Positions 1-7,474 of a stretch of DNA of 32,820 nucleotides are shown one piece after another. The position numbers were made by a program, and so were the translations under genes. Source of the DNA: Fimbriimonadaceae bacterium (GTDB lineage Bacteria > Armatimonadota > Fimbriimonadia > Fimbriimonadales > Fimbriimonadaceae); the NCBI GenBank assembly GCA_041742415.1, contig JBGSIR010000103.1, forward strand, positions 1 to 32,820, read 5' to 3'. Position 1 is the first letter of the stretch. Every line of letters starts with the position of its first letter. A model generated the notes under the pieces. The model did not search any database and was not told where the DNA came from. It saw only the letters and a list, made by a program, of their open reading frames with translations.

Positions 1-2
1 CC

Positions 3-500
3 GCCAAAACCGCCGCCGCCCACCGGGGGCTGGCCGAACAAATTGCGGCGAAAACCGCCGAACGCCGCTACGCCGCAGTTGCCGTTCGCAAGCCGGATCA
101 CGCCGCATTTACGGTCGATCTGCCGCTGGGCAAAGACCCCAAGCGGCCGATGCAGCGAGCCGTTATCGCCACCGGCAAGCCGGCCCGCACTCACTTCAAA
201 GTGCTGGGGAGCTGCGACGGCGGCTGGGCGATGGCCGCTCGACTGGAGACCGGACGCACCCATCAGATTCGCGTCCACCTGGCGGCCATGAAGCTCTGGG
301 TGATGGGCGATCATCTCTATGCTCCGGTGGAGCACCGGGCGGCTCCGCTCCAGCTCCACGCCGCCTATCTGCGCTTCGCTCACCCGATCTCCGGGGCCGA
401 TATGGTGCTGTATTCGCCCCCGCCCGAGGACTTCCTGGGCTCGGTACACTGCTTGGAAGAGGTCTTTGCCGAGTGGAGCCGTCAGCCGAATCAGCCCTGA
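3..500 (+). CDS. RluA-family pseudouridine synthase, C-terminal part (5-prime end lies outside the window)
   Basis: The frame is open from position 3 with no stop. The translation contains LETGRTHQIRVHLAA..GDHLYA...LQLHAAYLRFAHPISG, the conserved RluA/RluD C-terminal core. Stop at 498-500. Confidence 0.85.
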   Translation, partial: AKTAAAHRGLAEQIAAKTAERRYAAVAVRKPDHAAFTVDLPLGKDPKRPMQRAVIATGKPARTHFKVLGSCDGGWAMAARLETGRTHQIRVHLAAMKLWVMGDHLYAPVEHRAAPLQLHAAYLRFAHPISGADMVLYSPPPEDFLGSVHCLEEVFAEWSRQPNQP

Positions 501-1132
501 GCCGAGTTCAAGAGGGCGGCCATGCGTCGGCTTCGGCCCTCGACCTATTGACCCTGGCCATCTCCCGCACTCCGAAAGACCTGCGGGGGAATGAGGCGGC
601 GGCGCAGAAGCTCTTGAACCGATTCCGCCTGCCCCAGCTTCACCAGCTCGGCCGGGCCGACTTGAAAGAAGCGGCGGGGCTGGAGGCTTTCGAGAGCGAG
701 CGGATGCTGGCGGCTCTGGCGCTTGGCCGGCGGTGCGCCATGGCGGGGCAGGGGACTTCGCCCAAGGTGAGCGGCGACGAGGATGCGGTGGAGTACTTCC
801 GGCATCTGGCCGACGCCGCCGAGGAGCGGTTTGCGCTGCTGATGCTGGATGCGGCGGGGGGAGTCATTGGCCAGCGAACCCTGCACATCGGCACCCTCAT
901 GAGCACCGTGGTGGGAGTGAGGGAAGTGTTTCGAGAGGCGGTGCGCTCCAGCGCGGCCTCCATCATCGTGGCGCATAATCACCCCAGCGGCTCGCTGGAG
1001 CCAAGCCCGGCCGACATTGCGGTGACGGCCAAGCTGCGCGAGGCGGGTGAGCTGCTCGACATCGCGGTGCTGGATCACCTGATCATCGGCGCGGGTGGGC
1101 ACTTCAGCATGAGCCGCGAAGGATATTTATGA
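473..1132 (+). CDS. radC: RadC-like JAB-domain protein (UPF0758)
   Basis: The C-terminal JAB/MPN signature IIVAHNHPSGSLEPSPADIAVTAKL...LDHLIIG is present, and the N-terminal region is helix-hairpin-helix-like. The GTG start at 473 overlaps the upstream gene by 28 nt. An in-frame TTG near 545 is an alternative start. Confidence 0.85.
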   Translation: MEPSAESALSRVQEGGHASASALDLLTLAISRTPKDLRGNEAAAQKLLNRFRLPQLHQLGRADLKEAAGLEAFESERMLAALALGRRCAMAGQGTSPKVSGDEDAVEYFRHLADAAEERFALLMLDAAGGVIGQRTLHIGTLMSTVVGVREVFREAVRSSAASIIVAHNHPSGSLEPSPADIAVTAKLREAGELLDIAVLDHLIIGAGGHFSMSREGYL

Positions 1133-1761
1133 CCCAATGGGATGAGATGCTGGCCTCGCTGCGCAGCGAGCTGGACGGCCGGCACGAAGCCCGGGAGGCG
1201 GCCCTGCGCGAGTCTCGCTTGGCGATTCAAAGCTGCAGCCGAGCGATCAAATCGGCTCACCGGGCCGATTGGGCGGCGGCCGAGAAGGGGCTGGCCGAGG
1301 CCAAGGCCCGCTTGGACGGCGCCAGAGCGGTGGGCGAAAATCACCCCGAGGTCGTCTTTGCGGGGCATCTTCAAGACGCCGAGAAGGAGTATGTCGAGGG
1401 CCGCATTTTGGTGGCGATGCTGCGCAATGAGCCGCTTCCCCTGCCCTCCAAACTCGGGGTGGCGGCGCCGGTCTATCTCAACGGAATCGCCGAAGCCGCC
1501 AGCGAGTGCCGAAGGAGCATCCTCGACTTGATGCGGCGCGGCGACCTGGACGAGGCGGAGCGCCTGCAGAGCCTGATGGAGCGGGTGCAGGACGAACTGG
1601 CGCTCTTTGACTATCCCGACGGTGTGACCGGAGGACTGCGGCGCACAAACGACGCGCTGCGGGCCGTGGTAGAGCGCACAAGGAGCGACTTGGCCCTGAC
1701 TCGCGTGCAAAGCCGGCTGATTGAAGAGCTGAAGCGCAACTCTCCGGGACAAACTGGGTAG
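1129..1761 (+). CDS. Translin/TRAX-family (COG2178-like) protein
   Basis: 210 aa and predicted all-helical. DAEKEYVEG aligns by eye to TRAX QEYVEA, and VYLNGIAEAASECRR aligns to TRAX DYLLGVADLTGELMR. The ATG overlaps the radC stop in ATGA at 1129-1132. Confidence 0.6.
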   Translation: MTQWDEMLASLRSELDGRHEAREAALRESRLAIQSCSRAIKSAHRADWAAAEKGLAEAKARLDGARAVGENHPEVVFAGHLQDAEKEYVEGRILVAMLRNEPLPLPSKLGVAAPVYLNGIAEAASECRRSILDLMRRGDLDEAERLQSLMERVQDELALFDYPDGVTGGLRRTNDALRAVVERTRSDLALTRVQSRLIEELKRNSPGQTG

Positions 1762-1775
1762 AGTCGCGCCTATTC

Positions 1776-4376
1776 ATGCGCCGCACACTTGCGCTCATCT
1801 TGACGGCCGCAGCCGTCCACGCCTGGGCTCAGCAGCCCGCAGGCGCGACCACCGCTTGGTCGTCGGCCGACACCTCACAAGCCGGCATTCTGAAGTCGCT
1901 CTCGATTCGTGAGCTTGGCCCCGCCACGATGGGTGGACGCATCAGCGACCTCGCGGTCTATGAGCCCGACCCCCGCATCTTTTGGGCGGCCAGCGCAAGC
2001 GGCGGGCTTTGGAAGACCACCAACGGCGGAATGACGTTCCGCTCTCAGTTCTGGCAGATGTCCACGACGGCCTTGGGCGCCGTGGCGGTGAGCCAGAAGA
2101 ACCCCGACGTGCTCTGGCTAGGCACGGGCGAGCAGAACAGCCGCAACTCTTCGAGCTGGGGCGATGGAGTCTATAAATCCACCGACGGAGGAGAGACGTG
2201 GACCCATGTTGGCCTGGAGAATTCTGAGCACATCAGCCAGGTCATCATCGACCCGCGCAACGACAACGTGGTCTATGTGGCCGCGCTGGGCCCGCTTTGG
2301 CGCGAAGGCGGAGACAGAGGCATCTTCAAGACCACCGACGGCGGCAAGACGTGGGTGAACACCCTCCCTGGAGCCAACGCCCGCACCGGGTTTATCGACC
2401 TGGTGATGGACCCCAAGAACCCTGAGAAGCTGATTGCGGCGGCCTGGGAAAAGGAGCGGCGCGCCTATCGCTTTGGCAGCGGCGGCCCCGGCAGCGGCAT
2501 TCACATGACCGAAGACGGCGGCAAGAACTGGCGCCAGGTGACCGATGGGCTGCCCGAAAGCGAGCTTGGCCGAGTCGGCCTTGATGTCATGCAGTCGAAC
2601 CCCAAGGTCTGGATCGCCACGATTGAATCTGGCCCGCCCCCGGCCCGCGACAATGCCGACCAGCAGACCCGCGGCGTTTATCGGTCGGAAGACGGAGGGA
2701 AGTCCTGGAAGCGCATCAACAGCCTGAACCCTCGGCCGTTCTATTTCAGCATTCCGCGGCAAGACCCGCTCGACTTCAACCGGATCTATGTGCCGGCCGT
2801 CAACTTCCACTTCAGCACCGACGCAGGCGAGACGTTCCGCACGATGAACATGAACATTCACGTGGACCATCACGCCATGTGGATCAACCCCACCGACTCA
2901 AATCACATGATTATCGGAAACGATGGCGGCATCGCGCAGACCCGCGATCGCGGAGAGACTTGGGAGATGAACGACTATCTGCGCGCGGCTCAGCCCTATG
3001 CGGTGGCCGTGGATATGCGCCAGCCCTATTGGGTTTATGGCGGCATGCAGGACAACGGCTCTTGGGCCGGTCCGACGCAGACCCGCAGCGGCGGCGTGAA
3101 GATCACCGACTGGCGCTTCATGAACGGCGGCGACGGCTTCCATATGCAGGCCGACCCGAACGACTGGCGCATCGTCTATGCCGAGAGCCAGGGAGGCGCC
3201 GTGGCCCGCATCAATCAGCAGACCGGCGAGCGGGCCTTTATCCGCCCGCGCGCGCCGCAGGGAGAGAGCTACCGCTTCAACTGGTCGTCGCCCATCGTAC
3301 TTTCGCCTCACAACTCCTCCACGGTCTTCTTTGGCGGCAACCGCCTGTTCAAGAGCGTGGATCAAGGCAATAACTGGCAGGTGATCAGCCCTGACCTCAC
3401 GACGAATGACGCTGAAAAGCTGCGCCGCGGATTCGGGGTGACCCCGGAGGCCACCGGCGCCGAGCTTCACTGCACGATCATCACGATCAGCGAGTCTCCC
3501 CGCGCGCCCGGCGAAATCTGGGTCGGCACCGACGACGGCTTGGTGCAGCTCACTCGCGACGGCGGCGCCACTTGGGAGAATGTCACCCTGAACCTGCCTC
3601 AGGTTCCGCTCTTCACATGGGTCAGCAAAGTCTTGGCCAGCAAGCATGCCGCCGGCCGCGCCTATGTCACCTTTGACGGACACCGCAATGGCGATATGAA
3701 GGGCTATGTCTACATGACGGAAGACTACGGCAAGACCTGGACCGAGCTCGGCGCCGGGCTGCCAAAGAACCATGTGGCTTATGCGATCCGCGAAGGCGAA
3801 GTGAACGAGGATCTGCTCTTTGTGGGCACGGAAATGGGGCTCTGGGCCAGCTTGGATCGAGGCCAGACCTGGACTCAATACGAGACCGATGGCTTCAAGA
3901 CGGTGCGCGTGGACGACATGGTCATTCACCCGCTTGATCTGGATCTGGTTCTGGCCACTCACGGCCGAGGCTTCTGGCAGATGCCCATTCGCGGCCTGGA
4001 GAACCTGACGACGGCGGCCAAAGAGAAGCCGATCGCTTGGCTGGGATCTGATCCGGCTCTGTTGTTGGGCTTCGTGGCGGGCGATTGGTATGGCGGCGAC
4101 CGCATGTGGTCTTCGCCGAACACCCAGCCGGCGGGTCATGTTTGGTACTGGCTGAAGGACAAGCTGCCGACGGATGCGAGGATCGTCATCAAGTCGGTGA
4201 CCGGTGAAACAGTGGCGACGCTGCAGGCGCCTTCGGAGGCGGGAGTCAACCGAGTGCGCTGGCGTCCGGGCCGAAACATTGGCGCGGGCGAATATGCTGC
4301 GCATCTGCAGGTCGGCTCAGACTTGACCTTGCTCGGCCCGATCACCGTCCTCGACGTCTCGGCCAACCTCAACTAA
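1776..4376 (+). CDS. Secreted sortilin/VPS10-like BNR (Asp-box) repeat beta-propeller protein (GH74-like glycosidase family)
   Basis: N-terminal signal peptide MRRTLALILTAAAVHAWAQ. At least nine Asp-box motifs are present (STDGGETW, TTDGGKTW, TEDGGKNW, SEDGGKSW, TRDRGETW, SVDQGNNW, TRDGGATW, TEDYGKTW, SLDRGQTW). 866 aa. Confidence 0.85.
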   Translation: MRRTLALILTAAAVHAWAQQPAGATTAWSSADTSQAGILKSLSIRELGPATMGGRISDLAVYEPDPRIFWAASASGGLWKTTNGGMTFRSQFWQMSTTALGAVAVSQKNPDVLWLGTGEQNSRNSSSWGDGVYKSTDGGETWTHVGLENSEHISQVIIDPRNDNVVYVAALGPLWREGGDRGIFKTTDGGKTWVNTLPGANARTGFIDLVMDPKNPEKLIAAAWEKERRAYRFGSGGPGSGIHMTEDGGKNWRQVTDGLPESELGRVGLDVMQSNPKVWIATIESGPPPARDNADQQTRGVYRSEDGGKSWKRINSLNPRPFYFSIPRQDPLDFNRIYVPAVNFHFSTDAGETFRTMNMNIHVDHHAMWINPTDSNHMIIGNDGGIAQTRDRGETWEMNDYLRAAQPYAVAVDMRQPYWVYGGMQDNGSWAGPTQTRSGGVKITDWRFMNGGDGFHMQADPNDWRIVYAESQGGAVARINQQTGERAFIRPRAPQGESYRFNWSSPIVLSPHNSSTVFFGGNRLFKSVDQGNNWQVISPDLTTNDAEKLRRGFGVTPEATGAELHCTIITISESPRAPGEIWVGTDDGLVQLTRDGGATWENVTLNLPQVPLFTWVSKVLASKHAAGRAYVTFDGHRNGDMKGYVYMTEDYGKTWTELGAGLPKNHVAYAIREGEVNEDLLFVGTEMGLWASLDRGQTWTQYETDGFKTVRVDDMVIHPLDLDLVLATHGRGFWQMPIRGLENLTTAAKEKPIAWLGSDPALLLGFVAGDWYGGDRMWSSPNTQPAGHVWYWLKDKLPTDARIVIKSVTGETVATLQAPSEAGVNRVRWRPGRNIGAGEYAAHLQVGSDLTLLGPITVLDVSANLN

Positions 4377-4382
4377 AGCGAA

Positions 4383-4413
4383 GAGGGGGAAGCGGTTCGC
4401 CGCCTTCCCCCTC
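4383..4413 (+). terminator. Hairpin terminator candidate after the BNR gene
   Basis: GAGGGGGAAGCGG-TTCG-CCGCCTTCCCCCTC forms a 13-bp stem with one bulged C and a UUCG tetraloop. It starts 7 nt after the stop codon. A short T-run (tgttttc) lies about 15 nt downstream, not adjacent to the stem. Confidence 0.55.
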
Positions 4414-4436
4414 CTGAATCCTGACGCTGTTTTCGA

Positions 4437-4451
4437 TAATAATGATTATCA
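4437..4451. promoter_or_regulatory. Fur-family (Fur/PerR/Zur-type) 7-1-7 operator candidate upstream of msrA
   Basis: TAATAAT-G-ATTATCA matches the 7-1-7 consensus TGATAATnATTATCA at 13 of 14 half-site positions. It sits in a conspicuous AT island (cgataataatgattatcag) in otherwise GC-rich DNA, about 70-80 nt upstream of the msrA start. It overlaps -10-like hexamers (GATAAT, GATTAT). Confidence 0.45.
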
Positions 4452-4518
4452 GAACGACTTGCGCCGCGATTCTACCTACCGGAACAAGTCTGGGCGCAGG
4501 CCCCTTTCAATTGATCGT

Positions 4519-5148
4519 ATGGACAACAAGATGAGCCGAATTGTATTGAGCATTGCCGGGGCCTGCTTTTTGGCGGCGGGAATGGCGTTTGCTTTGTCGT
4601 CTTCGCCCCAGAAGCCCCCGACTCGGCCTGCCGAGGCGAAGCCGCGAGTGGCCAACGTCACCACGGATTCCTTGGAGGCTGCCCAAAAGGCGGGCCGGGA
4701 GATTGCCACCTTTGGCGGAGGCTGCTTCTGGTGCACCGAGCGCGATTTTCGGAAGGTGGCCGGAATATTGGCCGCGGACGTCGGCTACACGGGCGGCAAG
4801 GTCGAGAATCCGACCTATGAAATGGTCCTCAGCAAGACGACCGGTCATGTTGAAGTGACCCGCGTTGATTTCGACCCCAAAGTCATTTCCTATCGGGACG
4901 TGGTTCGCGCCTTCTTCAAGATGCACGATCCGACTCAGGTCAACCGTCAAGGCCCGGATGTGGGTGAACAGTATCGGAGCGTGATCTACTACTACACGCC
5001 AGACCAGAAGCGGATTGCTGAAGAGGTGAAGGCGGAGGTTCAGAAGACTCTGCCCCGGCCGATTGCCACGACCATCGAGCCGGCCGCGAAGTACTGGCGG
5101 GCTGAGGAATATCACCAGCAGTATTATCAGAAGATGGGCATCGGCTAA
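4519..5148 (+). CDS. msrA: Peptide-methionine (S)-S-oxide reductase MsrA with an N-terminal signal/anchor sequence
   Basis: Catalytic motif GGGCFWCTE is followed by GY.GG...NPTYE.V..G.TGH.E...V.FDP and a YHQQYY tail. The hydrophobic N-terminus is IVLSIAGACFLAAGMAFAL. The start is ambiguous: the ORF opens at TTG 4459, with in-frame ATGs at 4519 and 4531. Confidence 0.9.
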   Translation: MDNKMSRIVLSIAGACFLAAGMAFALSSSPQKPPTRPAEAKPRVANVTTDSLEAAQKAGREIATFGGGCFWCTERDFRKVAGILAADVGYTGGKVENPTYEMVLSKTTGHVEVTRVDFDPKVISYRDVVRAFFKMHDPTQVNRQGPDVGEQYRSVIYYYTPDQKRIAEEVKAEVQKTLPRPIATTIEPAAKYWRAEEYHQQYYQKMGIG

Positions 5149-5150
5149 GA

Positions 5151-6077
5151 ATGAATCGTTGGGTGATGGCGGCCGTCGCGGCGGGCGTGGCCGGGGCCCT
5201 GGCAGGCGGAATCTGGCTGGCTTTTCGGGAGCCCGAGCGCTTTCAGGCGGCGGACGCCGTCGACCTTGCGCCCGCCCACAACGCCTATCGCCAGGGCGAG
5301 TTTGAGAAGTCGGCGGCGATGTATGAAGAGGCGGCTGCATCACCGAGCAGCCCGGGTGAAGCCTGGTTCTTTGCTGGCTTGTCGCGGCACATGATGGGCG
5401 AATACGAACCGGCGATCCAGCACTTCAAGAAGGCCGAAGAAGCCGGCGCGCGGGCATCTGTGGCGCGATATAACATTGCTTGCGCCCTCGCCATGCTGGG
5501 CCGCCGAGACGAGGCTCTGGATTCGCTGGAAAAGGCGTTTGCCTTGGGCTATCGCAGCCAGGCGCAATATGCCAGCGATCCCGATCTGCTGAGCCTGCGT
5601 GATGAGCCCAGGTTCAAAGCGCTCATGGGAAAGATGGCTTCCCCGCTTCTGGAGGACATGAGCGCCATGGTGGTGGTGGACCTGGAGGGGGTTTGGGAAA
5701 CGAACCCGGGCGATGAGGGCAGCCGGCTGACGATTCGGCCCCTTTTGCAGGGCTACACCGTCCAATTCACCCTCAGCGACCTCGTTGGCGGAGTCACGGA
5801 AGGCATGATGTTCTACCGGCCCGCTGACAAGACGTGGAGCGCAGAGGCCATTTCGCAGACCGGGATTCACACGGAGTGGACGGGCAAGCTGACGAACGCA
5901 AAGCAGCTTAAGCTCGAATTGACGGGGGACAGCACTTCCCCGACCGGCGAAATGCATAGCGATCGCATGATCTTTTCGCCGCAGGGCAAAGATCGACTTC
6001 GCATTGAGCAGAGCCAAGATCGAGGCGAGGGGTGGAAGCCCACCCTCTCTCTCGATCTTGTCCGCTCAGGCGGATAG
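5151..6077 (+). CDS. Membrane-anchored TPR-repeat protein with an uncharacterised beta-rich C-terminal domain
   Basis: N-terminal TM segment WVMAAVAAGVAGALAGGIWLAF. TPR-like helices include YNIACALAMLGRRDEALDSLEKAFALGY and DPDLLSLRDEPRFKALM. The start is only 2 nt after the msrA stop. Confidence 0.7.
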   Translation: MNRWVMAAVAAGVAGALAGGIWLAFREPERFQAADAVDLAPAHNAYRQGEFEKSAAMYEEAAASPSSPGEAWFFAGLSRHMMGEYEPAIQHFKKAEEAGARASVARYNIACALAMLGRRDEALDSLEKAFALGYRSQAQYASDPDLLSLRDEPRFKALMGKMASPLLEDMSAMVVVDLEGVWETNPGDEGSRLTIRPLLQGYTVQFTLSDLVGGVTEGMMFYRPADKTWSAEAISQTGIHTEWTGKLTNAKQLKLELTGDSTSPTGEMHSDRMIFSPQGKDRLRIEQSQDRGEGWKPTLSLDLVRSGG

Positions 6078-6083
6078 CCCGAC

Positions 6084-7361
6084 TTACTTGAAGAAGTCGA
6101 ACTTCTCCATGCGCTGCTTGAACGCCTGGAGGAATCGGCCGGCCAAAAGGCCATCCACCAAACGGTGGTCATAGGTCAAGACGCAGTTCATCATGTGGCG
6201 CACCTGCATGACTCCCTTCTTGATGACGAGCCTTTCTTGGATGCCGTAGACGCCCAGGATGCCCGCCTGCGGAGCGTTGATCATGGGCGTACCGAGCATC
6301 GCGCCATAGGAGCCCGGGTTGGTGAGGGTGAAGGTGCCGCCCTGCACGTCGGCGGCCTCCAGCTTGCCCGAACGCGCCTTGGCGGCAATCGCTTCGAGGT
6401 CGCGTGAGAGGTCGATCAGGCTCTTCGACTCGCAGTTTCGGATGACCGGCACAATCAGGCCGCCGCTGCCGTCTTCGCCCAGCGAAACCGCAATGCCCAT
6501 GTGGACGCGGTTGTTCTGCACGATCTTGTTGTCCTCCATCAGCGCGGAGTTCAGCATCGGCATTTCGAGCAGGGTCTCGGTGAGTGCCTTGATGAAGAAG
6601 GGGGTGTAGGTGAGCTTGACGCCGTAAGTCTGCTGGAAGCTGTCCTTATTGATCGAGCGGAACTCGACCGCGGGGGTCACGTCCACTTCGATGATGGTGG
6701 AGACGACCGGCACCTGGCTGCTGCGGACCATGGCGTCGGCGATCATCTTCCTCATGCCCACCAAAGGAATCAGGGTCTGATCTTCTCCGGCAACGGTCTG
6801 CGCCACCGGCTTGGGAGTCGGCGCAGGGGCTGCGGCGGCAGGAGCCGGGGCGGGGGCCGAGCCTCGACGGGCGAGATAGGCCTCCATGTCGGCCTTGGTC
6901 ACGCGGCCTCCCGAGCCCGTTCCGGCGATGCGAGAGGCTTCCGCCTCTGACACGCCGCTCTCCTTCATCATGGCCTTCACCACGGGCGTAAACCACGCCC
7001 GGCCGCCGGAGGCAGCGGGAGCTTCTTCGACCGGAGCGGATGGGGCAGCGGCAGGAGCAGGCGATTCGGCAGCGGCCTCCGGCGCGCCTCCACCCTCGGC
7101 GATCATCTTCTTGGCCAGCTCAAGGTCCGGCTCAATGAGGCCCATCGGCTTGAAGACCTCAACGAGCTCGCCTTCGGGAATAAGAATCTTGACAAGAATG
7201 CCGGAGGCGGGGGCCTGGAGCTCCTGATTGACCTTGTCGGTCATGATCTCGACCACCGGCTCGTCCTCTTTCACTTCATCGCCGACCTGCTTCAGCCAGC
7301 GCATCACCTGTCCTTCGTGGACCGATTCGCCCAGTTCGGGCATGAGGATCTCCTCGGGCAT
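6084..7361 (-). CDS. Dihydrolipoamide acyltransferase (E2 component of a 2-oxoacid dehydrogenase complex)
   Basis: The lipoyl domain has the EIMTDKV lipoyl-lysine motif. It is followed by Ala/Pro-rich linkers, a peripheral-subunit-binding domain (TPVVKAMMKESGV...GTGSGGRVTKADMEAY) and a catalytic domain ending in LTYDHRLVDG. Confidence 0.92.
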   Translation of the reverse strand: MPEEILMPELGESVHEGQVMRWLKQVGDEVKEDEPVVEIMTDKVNQELQAPASGILVKILIPEGELVEVFKPMGLIEPDLELAKKMIAEGGGAPEAAAESPAPAAAPSAPVEEAPAASGGRAWFTPVVKAMMKESGVSEAEASRIAGTGSGGRVTKADMEAYLARRGSAPAPAPAAAAPAPTPKPVAQTVAGEDQTLIPLVGMRKMIADAMVRSSQVPVVSTIIEVDVTPAVEFRSINKDSFQQTYGVKLTYTPFFIKALTETLLEMPMLNSALMEDNKIVQNNRVHMGIAVSLGEDGSGGLIVPVIRNCESKSLIDLSRDLEAIAAKARSGKLEAADVQGGTFTLTNPGSYGAMLGTPMINAPQAGILGVYGIQERLVIKKGVMQVRHMMNCVLTYDHRLVDGLLAGRFLQAFKQRMEKFDFFK

Positions 7362-7474
7362 AGAGCGCAGTTTATCCCCAAAAGTCCTGCGGCTTTGAGC
7401 ATCCTCTCGGACTGGGACTGTCCCACCCCGGCGGCTCGCTGCAGGAGGCGCTCGGATACTATCAGAGTGCGCTT

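Noticed and set aside
43-594. Overlapping plus-strand ORFs 43..291 and 319..594.
   Set aside because: They are off-frame overlaps of the RluA-family and radC coding regions. Both are Pro/Arg/Ser-rich with no motifs.
545-1752. Minus-strand ORFs 545..1102 and 1075..1752, opposite radC and the translin-like gene.
   Set aside because: The plus-strand frames carry the HNHPSG JAB motif and the translin/TRAX-like blocks. The minus-strand products are Arg/Gln/Pro-rich and featureless.
2898-4304. A 468-aa minus-strand ORF, plus similar ORFs at 2118..2873, 5340..6017, 8087..8803, 10068..11321, 11904..13388, 13695..15113, 16017..16937 and 17133..17840.
   Set aside because: All are antisense to ORFs that carry recognisable family motifs. 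They are Arg/Ala/Gly-rich with no motifs. I judged them to be shadow ORFs.
7362-7474. A possible glycine riboswitch upstream of gcvPA.
   Set aside because: I could not find the conserved aptamer elements (GGAGAG...ACCGAAGGGGCAA, CUCUGGAGAG...) on the gcvPA strand. Only short generic palindromes are present (GGGACtGTCCC and an imperfect GCGCTC/GAGTGCGC stem). A covariance-model scan with Rfam RF00504 would settle it.
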